Of a DNA stretch of 64,000 nucleotides, positions 1-13,469 are shown one piece after another (position 1 is the first letter of the stretch; each line of letters starts with the position of its first letter). The notes beneath the pieces are model-generated. The model saw only the letters and a list, made by a program, of their open reading frames with translations, was not told the DNA's origin and did not search any database. The translations under genes and the position numbers were made by a program. The stretch is taken from contig NC_086097.1 of assembly GCF_963921235.1 (NCBI RefSeq), forward strand, positions 93,560,001 to 93,624,000, in the 5' to 3' direction. The DNA is from Mobula hypostoma. Its lineage: Eukaryota.

Positions 1-2041
1 ATTACCACCACCGGGGTCACCAGCAAAGGAAGCTACTACCTTGGACTGTACTGTGCTGACAGAGACCTCCCATGCCTCTATTGCATTCTCCTCCTCTCTT
101 ACTTCTCTGATCAGCTCGACAAACGAGGGAGGGAGGTGCATCTTATGAGACAGTCGGAGATCCCAAGCGATCAGGCCCTGTGACTGTGTGTCTTTTGCCA
201 CTTGGTCCATTCTTAACTGATTTACCTCAGCCATTTGAATGACCCTTCTACTCTGCAAACAATTTAGCTGCCTCTCTAGCCAAAAAATGTAGGCGGAAAG
301 TTTCTCCCACTTCTCCTGAAACATGTTCTGAAATTCCATCATAAGCTCCATTGGGCTTCTGTTGCACCAAAAGCATTTTCTAGTGCTTGCATGTAGCCCA
401 CAGAAGTATCGAAAGGGTTCTGTGTCTTTACTGATCTCACTACATCAGCAGCCGGCCCCCTCAAACTTTCAACCAATCACTGCCATCAGAGCACTGTCAC
501 TCATCCGGCATCTGAGAGGTCTGCTCCGCCCAAGTCTCATACTCCTCCTCCCTGTCGGGGGTAGGGGTTATTCCCGAGAACATCCTGAGCTGACGATAAC
601 TAGGATTCTCTGCCCGTGCACTTTGCCATTTATCCGCCAGGGGCGTAAGGGCTGATACCAACTCAGAGTGCTCACCCCTCGCTGAAGGACTCATTAAACC
701 TTCCAAATCAGACCACTCCTTCCCCTCGCTCCACCGAAATAACAGCACCCTGACTTTGAAGTCTCCGCCCCCGGCTACGGGAAACTCAGCTTCTGATTGG
801 GCACCTTCTCCTACACTCCCCTCCTCCAGGAAAGTATGGACAGCCCACGGCCCCCTCTCCTGGGGTCCCAATAGTACCAGGCAGTTCCACTGCCGTTACG
901 TCAGCGCTAGTCTGAACTAAAACAAAGACTTTGGCCACCATTTTGTCAAAGCTTAGGCTCATGTTGTAACTCCTCCTGAAGCTTTACTGGTACTTAAAGT
1001 TCAAATTAACAATTCATTGGGAATATGAATATCTACCCCACTCAATACACACACACATTCGTTACCGGTAACCTCGTGTATTCACACCACTGCTCAACCC
1101 CTTCAGCGTCCATAACCACGTATCATACAACACACATAAAAGTTGCTGGTGAACGCAGCAGGCCAGGCAGCATCTCTAGGAAGAGGTACAGTCGACGTTA
1201 CGGGCCGAGACCCTTCATCAGGACTCATAATCACTCTACCAGACAATAGCTTTACACAACCCAGTGGATCAATGCTCAGGGCAATCACACAGCATCCAAT
1301 GAAATCGTTCCCAGACGGGGCCCCCACAATGAAACCAACTGGTTTCCTTGGCTGCATAAGTCTGGGAAGTACACTCTCTGGTCCCGTCAAGCCCGTGAGA
1401 TTGAGATGGCTCTCCCACTCCAAACCCCGGTTCATGTGGATGCAGTGTAATATGCTACCCTGTTACAACTCAGTGCCAAGAAATAACAGACAGCACACTG
1501 CATGCGATTAAAGGAATTACGTTTGTGAATCTTAACTTAACTAAAGGGTTAGTAAAGAAAAGAAAGAGGAAACAAAAAGGGCACATTATAATTAACTCTT
1601 TGAGAGTTGGAGCTCAACTCTTCCAAAAGTCATACCTATTCACTGATCCTCAGTAGCCCCTGGCATGTTGCACCATCAAATCACGGTCCTCCACTGGGTC
1701 AAATCCATCGACCGGTTCTCTCCAGCGTCTTCTCTCTTCCTCCCATGCTGAACAAAAGCCCCAGCTCACACTGGTGTCAGGCACTTAACACAAAAACACA
1801 CTCGCCTCATTTGACGGCTCGCATTCCAAAGTACCCGTTATCTCTAACCATGACCCAAACTACTGCCCTGAATCTCATGCCTTGAAACTCCTGGTCTGAA
1901 ACTCATGCCCTGAATCTCATGCCCTGAAACTCCTGCCCTGAATCTCCTGCCCTGAAACCACAGCCCTGAATCTCATGCCCTTCTTCTGCTTCTACAGAAA
2001 GGCCGTTACGTTAGCAGTGAAGCCCTTCCCAGGGTGTTACA
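1..2041 (-). mobile_element. Degenerate Ty3/Gypsy element, 5' part: LTR, PBS and PNMA-like gag (runs off the window start)
   Basis: Minus-strand gag YRQLRMFSGITPTPDREEEYETWAEQ then LVESLRGPAADVV...LENAFG...FVELIREVREEE (PNMA/MOAP1-type capsid), with stops and frameshifts. LTR and a tRNA-Pro-like PBS (TGGGGGCCCCGTCTGGGA, about 1309-1326) lie upstream. Confidence 0.8.
1330..2041 (-). repeat. 5' LTR of the PNMA-gag Gypsy element, containing a 14-bp tandem repeat (about 1863-1980)
   Basis: Minus strand begins TGTAACA and ends TTTCA just before the PBS; internal tandem units CCCTGAATCTCATG. Confidence 0.65.
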
Positions 2042-2940
2042 TCTGCAGACACTGGAAATCCAAGCAACACCCACAAAGTGCTGGAGGAACTCAGCAGACC
2101 AGGCAGCCTCTATGAAAAAGAGTAAACAGTCAACATTTTGGGACGAGACCCTTCGTCAGGACTGGAAAAAAAGTTGAGAAGTCAGAGCAAGAAGGTGGAG
2201 GGGGAAGGAGGTAGGAGATTGGTGAAAGTGGGAGGGGAGGGGTGAAGTAAAGAACTGGGAAGCTGATAGGTGAAAGAGATAAAGGGCTGGAGAAGGGGGA
2301 AGGGGTATGATAGGAGAAGGTAGAAGATTATGGAATAAAGGGAAGGGGGATAGGTGGGTAAGGAGATGAGGTGAGAGAGGGAATGGGAATGGGGAATGGT
2401 GAGGCGGGGGCATCACTTGAAGTTTGGGAAATCAATGTTCATGCCATCAGGTTGGAGGCTACCCAAACGGAATATAAGGTTTTGTTCCTCCAACCTGAGT
2501 GTGGCCTCATCACGGCAGTAGGGGAGGCCATGGACAGACATGTCAGAATGGAAGTAAAATTGAAGTAGGTAGCCCACCAGGAGATCCTGCTTTTTCTGGT
2601 GGATGGAGTTTAAGTGCTCGCCGATATACAGGAGGCCACACCGGGAGCACCGGATACAGTAGATGACCCCAAAAGACTCACAGGTGAAATGCCGCCTCAT
2701 CTGGAAGGACTGTTTGGGGTCCTGATTGGTAGTGAGGGAGGAGGTGTAGGGGCAGGTGTAGCACTTGTTCCGCTTGCAAGGATAAGTGCCAGGAGGAAGA
2801 TCAGTGGGGAGGGACGAATGGACAAGGGAGTCATGTAGGATCCCTGCGGAAAGCAGAAAGTGAGGGGTTGGGGATGGAGGGCAAGATGTGGTTGGGGTGG
2901 GATTCCATTGGAGATGGTGGAAGTTATGGAGAAGCTTCCT
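2042..2940 (-). mobile_element. Penelope-like element 3' fragment (GIY-YIG endonuclease plus terminal repeat)
   Basis: ORF 2413-2985 contains PCKRNKCYTC...TCESFGVIYCIRCSRCGLLYIGE and EQNLIFRLGSLQPDGMN; degenerate hammerhead motif at 2128-2163. Confidence 0.8.
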
Positions 2941-4234
2941 TGTAAGATTTATTGTAACACAGTGAATCCAGTGCCCTTTATTCATTTTGTTCTTACTCCT
3001 GAGATTAAGTGTCCAACAATAATTTAGAATACTTAATTCTTAATCACTGAGATCTGGGATCTTCACACAACCTTAAAGAGCCTTAGGAGTGCATGGACTG
3101 TTCTGCCCATTGAGAACATGGTTACATAACAATCACTCTTGGTTTCCTGGTCTTAGCACTATTCTGTGGTGCTGATGGCTACTGCATCTCATAGTTTGCT
3201 GTGCAAGGGAGATCAGGTGAACTCCATACTTCAGGAGAGGAAAGTTCATTTACTTGTTAAGCCCACAGAGGCTGACAGAGCAGGCATGTACATTCACCCA
3301 CACTGCAGGCTGCCCTGAACAGTGGGAGAAAATAAAAAAATTCCGACATTAGAAACTCAAAATAAAAACAGAAAGTTCTGGAAACACGGATAATGTTTAG
3401 ACATGAGAACAAACTCTGATCTAACCCTTTTCTCTCTCCACGCATGCCAGCTGAGTGTTTCCAGCATTTTCCATTTTTCTTCTCCACATTGTAAACATTC
3501 ACGGAGAGCTTCTTGCCAGCCACCTTTGAGAATGGTTGCCGTGGCCTTAGTGGATAAAGCTCACATCTTGTGCGGGTTGTGTCTTTCAGATGGACGTTAA
3601 AGTCTCTCTGGCTCCTTGTGGTCACTTGCCCAATCCTCCTTATCATTGCAACATCCATCCATACAATAGTTGACCCCCACCCTCTCTCTGGATCTCCAAA
3701 GCAGGAAGCATGTGGCTTGCATTGATTGCACCTGTTGTGCTGAGAACTGCAAGGTCTTGCAACAGCAGTGCGGAGAGTTGGCAATGCTGTGCTATAAACA
3801 TGGACATTTTACTCTGTGGGTCTTTTGTAGACTTGCATTCCAACAGTGACAGCACTTCTAGAGCACTCAGCTGACTATCAGTTCCACATGATCATCAGCC
3901 ATGATCATATTGGCCTGTTGTTTGAAAAGTCCTGTGGACATTTAAAACAGCTCAAAGGGCTTTGACAGCAGCAAGCTGTTAAAAGACTGTCAAGGTTAGG
4001 ATCCATTGCACTGAGTAGCACTGCAAGCTGATGCAATGGCAAAGCTCTGAAAACTATTTATATGCAGGGAACTAGGTGAATTTCTGTGCTGTGCTGAGAA
4101 AAGGGTTGAAGATTAACTGCCACAGCTCTCCCACTGCACACGTCCTATCCAACTTCATAGTCACCTCAAAGCAGGAGTGTGCCCTTTTCTGCACTGACAT
4201 TCCTGGATAAAGAAAGTAGGCGAGGGGGTTCACT

Positions 4235-4730
4235 ACAACACACACAGAATGCTGGAGGAACTCAGCAGGTCAGGCAGGTCATATGGAAATGAATAAACTG
4301 AAAAGGAAGGGGGAAGATGCCAGAGTAAGAAGTTGGGAGGAGTAGGGGAAAGAGGCTAGTTAGAAGGTGATAGGAGAATCCAGGTGGGACAGAAAGGTAG
4401 AAGTGCTGGAGAAGAAGGAATCTGATGGAGAGGAGAGGAGAGGGGTCCCAGGGAGAAGTGATAGGTAGATGAGAAGAGGTAAAAGGCCAGACTGGGAAAC
4501 AGAAGATTGGGAGAGGGAAGGGAAAAAATGACCAGAAGAAGAAATCAATGTTCATGCCATCAGGTTGGAGGGTACCCAGACGGAATATAAGGTGTTTCTC
4601 CTCCACCCTGAGGATGGCCTCATCTTGGCACACAAGGAGCCCATGGACTGACATGTTGGAATGGGAAAGGGAATTGCAATTACAAAGTTTGGCCACTGGG
4701 AAGTTCTGCTTTTGGCAGATGGAGTGGAGG
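4235..4730 (-). mobile_element. Penelope-like element 3' fragment
   Basis: EEKHLIFRLGTLQPDGMNIDF followed by the same pyrimidine-rich terminal sequence as other copies. Confidence 0.75.
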
Positions 4731-4806
4731 GGTCCCTTCTTTTCTGGAAAAGCTGGATTTAAATAAATATTATTTAATATTTATTTATATAAATATTTAT
4801 TTATAT

Positions 4807-5441
4807 GGCAGGAGGAGAAGACGGCGGTGCGACACAGTGCACGCGGCCATTCCGAATGATATCGATTACGTTTAAATAGGGGGCCGTGCACAATCCGGAT
4901 TTGATGGAGACAGCTGTGAGAGGCATGGAGGAACACCTGGAGTATCTTCTGAAATGCCTGCTTCACTGCCACTGCAACTGCGCGATCGAGCACCTCCGGA
5001 GACAAAGGCCCCAAATCCTCGGCTTTGCCTATCGCCTGTTGCCGGGGGCGGGGTTGAAGTGCTCGGCGGAGATGGTGCTCGGTGTCGAAGAGCTGGTCGG
5101 AGGCTCGGAGTTTCCAGACGGACTCGGAGTCGGACTGTGGTCGGATGCTTCCAGGATTCTGCATTGGCAAGTTGGCGCTGGAGGTTCACCGTCTGCGTGA
5201 GATGATGGGACTTTAGAGAGACTTTGAGATTTTTACCGTGCCATGGTCTGTTCTTATCAAATTACTGTATTGCTTTGCACTGTTGTAACTATGTGTTATA
5301 ATTATGTGGGTTTTGTCGGTTTTCAAGTCAGTTTGTCATGTGTTTCCGCGATATCATTCTGGAAAAACATTGTATCGTTTCTTAATGCATGCATTACTAA
5401 ATGACAATAAAAGAGGACTGCCTGTCCTCATAATCTAATCT
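4807..5441 (+). mobile_element. Non-coding interspersed repeat of about 640 bp, SINE-like (copy 1 of 3)
   Basis: Similar copies at 29880-30417 and 45871-46530; ends AATAAAAGAGGACTGC...TAATCTAATCT. Confidence 0.75.
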
Positions 5442-5689
5442 ATTCTATTGTGTATTGTCTACTGATATATGGATTTTTGTGCACAGGTGTCACGGTCCTG
5501 AAAGACCTGTTTCAGGCCCTCCATACAACCCACCTCCCCAGAGACATCTTCCACATGTACTAATAACAAATCCCATTCTCTCCATGTGTTACTATTTTAA
5601 AATTATTTTTAAGTGCTAAGGTAGAGAGCTTCAAAGATTCACTGCCCCTTGAGTGAAGAAATGTCTGCCCATTGCAGTTATAGATAAAA

Positions 5690-5985
5690 ATTAGCTTTAT
5701 TTGCCACATACACATCAGAAAATAGTGAAATGCCTCGCTTACGTTGGGGATGTGCTGGGGGCAGCCTGCAAATGTCACCATGCTTTGGGTGCTAACATAG
5801 CATGCACACAGCCTACTACCCCTAACCAGAACGCCTGCGAAGAAACTGGAGAATCTGGGGGGAGCCCATGCGGGGGTCACAGAGAGAGAGTGCAAACTCT
5901 TTACAGACAGGAATTGAATCTGATTTTACAGCCGATGTGTAGTAAAGCACTGCACCAGCTGCTTCATGACCATGCTGGCCCTTAG
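5690..5985 (-). mobile_element. Degenerate V-SINE/HE1-like SINE
   Basis: Minus strand GAGTTTGCACTCTCTCTCTGTGACCCCCGCATGGG resembles the V-domain seen in better copies at 51760, 57460 and 59545. Confidence 0.5.
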
Positions 5986-6354
5986 TTCAGAATGGCCTGC
6001 CCGTTATTCCTCAACCAGGAGGAAATGCTCCCTGCGTCCACTCTTCTTAGGCACTACGTAAATGCTCAGTGCATTGTCCAGCTTGTGGGACAGCATTCAG
6101 GACATGGCTTGGAACATGGCAGTTAATCCCCAGACTCGTGCAAAAGAATGTGTAAAGGCAGAAAATCCTTTCAAGGTAACAAAGACAGCCTTACCAGCTG
6201 GAATTGACACTTCATTCACACAGCAGCTGATGGACCCGTTTCCATGGAGACGGTCTATGTTCAGAACCTCTGTGTTTCTCTCTGGAGATTCAGACTCGTC
6301 CCTTTAGAATTCTACTGGGATCAGATTACCACGTGAGAGAATGGGGTTTCTAGG

Positions 6355-7365
6355 CATAGTCATACTTTATTGATCCCGGGGGAAATTGGTTTTCGTTACA
6401 GTTGCACCATAAATAGTAGATAGTAATAAAACCATAAATAGTTAAATAGTAAAATGTAAATTATGCCAGGAAATAAGTCCAGGACCAGCCTATTGGCTCA
6501 GGGTGTCTGACCCTCCAAGGGAGGAGTTGTAAAATTTGATGGCTACAGGCAGGAATGACTTCCTATGACGCTCCGTGTTGCATCTTGGTGGAATGAGTCT
6601 CTGGCTGAATGTACTCCTGTGCCCACCCAGTTCATTATGTAGTGGATGGGAGACATTGAACAAGATGGCATGCAACTTGGACAGCATCCTCTTTTCAGAC
6701 ACCACCGTCAGAGAGTCCAGTTCCATCCCCACAACATCACTGGCCTTACGAATGAGTTTGTTGATTCTGTTGGTGTCTGCTACCCTCAGCCTGCTGCCCT
6801 ATCACACAACAGCAAACATGATAGCACTGGCCACCTCAGACTCATAGAACATCCTCAGCGTCGTCCGGCAGATGTTAAAGGCCCTCAGTCTCCTCAGGAA
6901 ATAGAGACGGCTCTGACCCCTTGTAGACAGCCTCAGTGTTCTTTGACCAGTCCAGTTTATTGTCAATTCGTATCCCCAGATATTTGTAATCCTCCACCAT
7001 GTCCACACTGACCCCCTGGATGGAAACAGGGGTCACCAGTGCCTTAGCTCTCCTCAGGTCTACCACCAGCTCCTTAGTCTTTTTCACATTAAGCTGCAGA
7101 TAATTCTGCTCACAGCATATGACAAAGTTTCCTACCGTAGCCCTGTACTCAGCCTCATCTCCCTTGCTGATGCATCCAACTATGGCAGAGCCATCCGAAA
7201 ACTTCTGAAGATGCCAAGACTCTGTGCAGTAGTTGAAGTCTGAGGTGTAAATGATGAAGAGAAAGGGAGACAGGGCAGTCCTCTGTGGAGCCCCAGTGCT
7301 GCTGATCACCCTGTCGGACACATAGTGTTGCAAGCACATGTACTGTGGTCTGCCAGTCAGGTAAT
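6355..7365 (-). mobile_element. Rex1/Babar-like LINE, 5'-truncated (RT C-terminal half and 3' tail)
   Basis: SSTGAPQRTALSPFLFIIYTSDF...LQKFSDGSAIVG...LNVKKTKELVVD...YKYLG...YFLRRLRAFN...RKSFLPVAIK; near-identical copy at 55425-56115. Confidence 0.85.
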
Positions 7366-10300
7366 TCTGCTCATCTCCATGATAGTTCTGAGTATATTAC
7401 TGCTCTGTTTGGAAAGATAAGTGAGAGGTGGCCCATGTGGTAGACCCACTACGTCACAGCCGCCTGACCTCGGGCACAGTCTATGCGGAGTTTGCCTCTA
7501 GTGTTTAAGTGAGTGATGGCACTTAGGGAAATTGATGGGAATATAGAAAGAATATTTTACAGGGAAAATGAATGGTCCAAATAGTCTCCTTATATGTTGC
7601 ATGGAGTTGAAAGAAGACCAGTCTTCAAGGGTAGACTGCAGAGTTAGGTTACTGGGGTTTGGTACTTGCATCTCCCAGGTCACTGATCCCTGCCTTGTAT
7701 TGCCTATCAGTTCAGACATACAGATGTCTTTCCTCGGGCAATCAATGTTTGATCACCTAATTACGGACTGTGAGATCATTCCCGTAGCCCGATCCACTGC
7801 TAGCCATCCCACACGTGGTAGAACACCACAGCTGGAGACCGCTCCATCCCAGGCAGAGTTCGTGGTGAGTGGACGTCCCAGTTCGAAGCTGCTCAATATA
7901 AAGGTAAGTTTGTGTAGCAAGAACAAAAGATATTGATACTCAATAGTCTTTGACACATAATTTTTATTTCTGTACTATCAACTGCTTCCAGGTTACACCG
8001 CTCACCCACACTGTCAGGAGAAGCCTTTTCATTCGCCCTCACTCAAAGTGTGAATGATGGTTGATTTAGAACTGACCATTACAAGAAAAACGTAGGAAAC
8101 CCCAAGCAAGCTTGGCCTCAAGGTCCACAGAAGCGTAAAGTCATTAATTTTCTGATCAGTGAGCCACTAACATGTCCTTTGCCAGTCTGAATATAGAGTT
8201 TATTTATTTTCAGACAATGATATTAATGCGGAGATCATCGCCTTTTTGTTCTTTATTAGACAAAGATGATTTTTCCTCCCAGCAAATCTCCTCAGCTAAG
8301 CATTCTCATTTGATTAGGTGGAAGATTATAATATCAGTGAAACATCAATTTTTGCACATAAAGAATTTGTAAACACGAAATTATATTCCATTTCCTTGGC
8401 TCTAGGTACTGGCACAGGGAGCAGGAGGTTTAGTAGCTTTGTTCTGGATCTAATTAAATCCCCATCATTAAATGTAAATATAATGCAAAATAAATGGACA
8501 TTACTTGTCCATAGGAGTGGCTGTTCAAGCCGGAGGAACTTCACAATTTATCTCACTGATTTCCCATAGATGTAGAGTGACCACAAACACATCTATCAAA
8601 GCATGTGCCTCCTGGGAGTCTTTAACATAATCCATTATGGCTGTTTAATCAAAAACACTGAGACTAGGTCTGGGGCTTGGTAAAAGTCCGCACACACCGT
8701 GGTGCTGAGTCATCAGTACCTGCCCAGCCGAATCACTGGCCAGTTGTGAGGGTGGGCATAGGAGGACAAGGATCAAATGCTGGTAAATGAGGTGAGTTGC
8801 ATCAGGCACTTGATGGACATGGTGATCTGAAGAACTTCTCTCTGTGCTCTATGACGCTTACAAAAACCCTGCAAGGAATCACGAGTACCTATGGTTGGTA
8901 CATTCGTGCTGCATCCACTGGGGGGAGCTCCACACTAGTTGTGCACAGAGAACCGAGAGCAATACAACACAGGAACAGTTCAGCCAATGATATTATGACA
9001 ACCATAACTCCAATGAAAATTATTACCATCTGCTGGTGTCAGGTATACATTCCTCTCATAGTTTTATAAACTTCTATCAAGTCGTTTTTCAGCCTCTGAT
9101 GCTTCGGAGAAAACAACCCAAGTTTCTTCAACCTCTCCTAATAGCTAATACAGTACTTACTAATCCTGGTGAATCTCTTCTGCACCCTCTGCATAGCCTT
9201 CACGTCCTTCCTGTAATGCAGTGACCAGAGGTGCGCAAAATGTTCCAAGTATAGCCTGGAGTTCTATACCGCTACAAAATGACTGCCCGACTTTTATATT
9301 CAACATTTCAACTAATGAAGGCAAGTATACTGTACGCCTTCTGGCCTTCCCACCACCTGTGTTGCCAATTTCAGTGAAGTCAGGATGTAATGTATCAATC
9401 CATTTCTTTTAGCACAATGACTTCCCTTAGCAATACTTACTGATGGATAACTTACCCATGTGCATTAATCTGTTGCTCTCCCTCTGCAAAGTGGATATAC
9501 CAGCTAACCTCACCCTCTGCATGCATGCTTTTGTTTAGTTGATATGTAGTTGTACAGACACGACAAATTGGCAGCAAGTCCAAACCTGAATGTCAGCGAA
9601 TATCAGTAACTGCGTCAACGGTTACAAGACGACAGAATTTGGAGGAAGGGAAAGAGACAGTGAAAGGAAAGAGTGAATCAGTATGGAGAAGGCTGTCACA
9701 GACACTAACAAAGGGATGCATGAGTAATAGTGCATGGTAGACAGTAAGAGATGCACAACTGGCAAAGTTAAAGTGAAAATAACGTGACGATGGCCTTAGT
9801 TGGGATGGTTGATGAATTTGATAGTGCTAATGAGGACTGGGAATCATATGTCAAGAGGGATGAGTTGTATTGTAATGAAAACAATGTGGATGAGGAAAAG
9901 AAAGCCTCCACACTTCTTAGCTTCATAGGTGCTAAATCATACAAGCTTTTATACAAACCCTGACAAGCCAGCAAGCAAGCTGTTCGGTGAAATTGTTGCA
10001 ATTTTACAAAATTGCTTGAGCTCTAAACTACTTGTAATAGATTTAGATTTCACAAAAGGAAAAAGTCAAAGGATGAAAGCATTTCTAAACACATTGCAGT
10101 ACTGCGCAAACTTTCCCAGTACTGTGACTTTGGAGATGGACTTTCTGATGCACTAAGGGACAGGCTTGTATGTGGCATGCACAGTCAAAGCACTCAAAAG
10201 AGGCCACTGCCAGAAAGAGACCTAACCTTAGAACTGGCATTGACCATTGCAATATCGTTAGAGACAGCAGAAGAGCGTCAGAACTACAGAAAAAGAGTAT

Positions 10301-13300
10301 AGAATGTGAAACACACAAAATGTTGCTAAATGGGGCAAAAAGACAAAAATGTTATTGATGTGGCAAATGACTTTTGGTTAAAAGAAAAAAGTTTGCAGAA
10401 AGTGTTGCAGACAAGATCACATAGAGAGTGCATGCAAGGCAGACAAAAAGTACAGCCAAAGAGAAAATGCACACAAAGTGCAAGTTTTAAACAGAAAACT
10501 AAACAAATGCACAAAGTGACTGAATGTGAAACTGAATCAGACAACACAGATTCTGACAAAGGCGAGCTGCCATGCCTAGAATGCATAGCATTACTGAAGG
10601 AGATCACAAAATCATCTGGATTGCAACAGATGTGTCCGGTGTAAAGCTGAAAATGGAGCTGGATACAGGGCCAGCTTTGACTGTAATTTCCGAGATTGAC
10701 TACAAAAGACTGTTTTCTAAGCTACCATTAGAAAAGACTGCAGTGAAACTAAAGACCCACACAAGCAAAAAAATGTGTCCCAAAGACAAACTGAAAGTAA
10801 ATGTGACGTACGGAGGCAAAACACAGCAGTTAGAGCATTATGTGTTGAAAAGTAGAGGGCTAGCACTTTTCAGCCGTAATTGGTTGAGAAAAAATCCAAC
10901 TAGACTGGCACACAGTCAAAGCTCTCAATGTGTCATCAACAGGCAACTGCAGGCCAGATGGATGGTAGCACTAACCAGAGACTGTCATAGCAGCTTACTG
11001 CTAACGAGAAGGTGTTTGAGAAGGGGATTGGTAAACTCAAAGGCATGAAGGCTAGAATTGAACTGGATGAAACAGCAACACCAAGATTCCATAAAACGCG
11101 TCCAGTGTCTTACGCACTATGTCCTAAAGTGGATGTTGAACTGCAGAGCTTGGAGATGTCTGGCATTCTCTCCAAGGTTGAGTGAAGTGATTGGGCCACA
11201 CCCATTGTCTTGGGGTTCAAGAAAGGGAGGATGCAGCTGTTGGCATATGCGGGAACTTCAAAGTGAACATCAACCCTGTGCTGCGTAACTGTGTAGTATG
11301 CCCCTTTTGCATCTTTGGCAGATGGGAAGAGGTTTTCAAAGAGTGACCTGTCACAATCCTATCTGCAAATGGACATTGAGGAGTCAAGCAGGAAGTTCTT
11401 CACAATCAACACTCACAAGAGACTTCCAGTATAATTGTCTCATCTTTGGCGTCACATCAGCTCCAGCAATTTGGCAAAGAGCAATGGACTAAGTGCTCCA
11501 GGATATCCCAGGGACACAGTGTTACCTTGATGACATCATCGTGACAGGCAAGAATGATGGAGAGCACCTCCAGAAGCTTGGTGAAGTGTTTACCAGGCTG
11601 AGTGAGTGTGATCTGCATGAAGACAGAGAAGTGTGAGTTTTTCAAGAATGAAATCTCATGTTGTGGACATGTCACTGACAAGCATGGCTTACATCAGTCA
11701 CAAGAGAAGATTGAAGCAGTGCTACAAGCACCCAAACCAGAAAATGTGTCACATCTCAGGTCATACTTGGGCCCTATAAACTACTACCACCAGTTTCTCC
11801 CAAACATTGCTACATTGCTGCATCCATTGAATGCACTGTGACAGACAAGAACAAAGTGGGAATGGTCAGAAAGATGTGAAAGAGCATTCAAGGAAACAAA
11901 GAGATTAATAACACCAGATGAACTGCTCACCCATTATGGCCCATCTGTGCCTGTCAGACTGGTGTGTGATGCATCCTTTGTGGCATTGGGGCCATTTTGT
12001 CACACATTACGAAAAATGGATCTGAACGTCCGATTGTGATTGCTTCAAGATCACTGACGAGAACAGAACACAACTACGCACGGATTGACCGAGAGGACTC
12101 TAGTCTAGTATGGGGAATAAAGACGTTCCACCACTACCTCTACAGACAAAACTTTACACCAGTGACAGATCACCAGCCTCTTGTGTCCATTTTCAATCCC
12201 AGGAAGGGAATTCCAGTGCTGACTGCTACCCGTTTACAATGTTGGTCACTATTCCGAGCAGCTCACTGTTATGACTTAGAGTTCAAGGATACCAGACAAC
12301 ACAGCAACATTGATGGCTTGTCAGGTCTTCCACTACTGACAACTGAAGAAGAAAGGTTGGTGGACCAGTTGCCGGTAACAAATTCGGAAATACAAAGAGA
12401 AACGAGGAATAACCTGACATTGTCAAAAGTCTATGACATCACCATGCAAGAATGGCCAGTTCATGGTTAACACTATGTTTCCAGAGTTCTCAGTGAGACA
12501 AGACCAACTGTCTGTATATCAAAGAACACTGATGTGTGGATCTCCTGTTTAGGTCCCCTCTAAACTGCGCACCAGAGTGTTAGAGAATCTGCAAGAAGGA
12601 CACCTGGGTACAGAGTGATGGTGTTCCCGAGATTCCTGATGTAGAGAAGGATGAGGAACTGTAAGTTGAAACCTCATTGGAAGTATGGAGGGGGATTGAT
12701 AATGTGGTGTTCAATACATGTCGAATATCTGCCTTTACTGACTGGAAACATCATTCAGAGTTCAACGTTCAAATAAAATTTTTTATCAGAGCACATACAT
12801 GTCACCACATCTGAAGAGTCTCGCCTGGAGCTACATGTGATGGCCAGGAATCAGTAGACAGGCTGAAGACTTGACCAAAGACTGTTCTGGATGCCACAAA
12901 GTTCAAAATGCACACCCACAGGCACTGTTACAGCCATGGGAGTGGCTGTCTTCACCATGACAAAGAGTCCATATTGTCGTTGCTGGGCCATCCACGTTTC
13001 TGACTGCTGTGGATGCTCATTCGAAGTGGCCAGAGGTCATAGCAATGAAATTAACCACCTCTGAAAAGACTGTCTCCACTCTGAGGACTATCTTCGCCAG
13101 AAATGGCTTACCTAAACAAATTGTGAGTGACAATGGACCACAATACATGTCAGAAGAATTCTGACTGTTTATGAAGAAAAATGGCATCAAACATTTCAAG
13201 TCAGCTCCTCACCACCCAGCAACAAATGGCTTAGCTGATAGGTTTGCCCACAACTTCAAGAAATCCATTAAAGTGATGGACAAGGAGGGTATTTCTCTAC

Positions 13301-13469
13301 AGCATGAAGTGGACAACTTAATTTTTTTGTATATCAGTACCCTGTTCATGTGACGACAAATCAAACACCTGCAATGTTGTTCATGAGCAGGCATCCGAGA
13401 TCTCACACAGACCTCCTGAAATCAGATCCACGGCGGGAAGTGCAGAATAAACAGCTCAACCAGTTACCG

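Noticed and set aside
8889..9030. Short hydrophobic minus-strand frame (MVIIFIGVMVVIISLAELFLCC...)
   Set aside because: Under 50 codons, with no recognisable homology or supporting gene structure.
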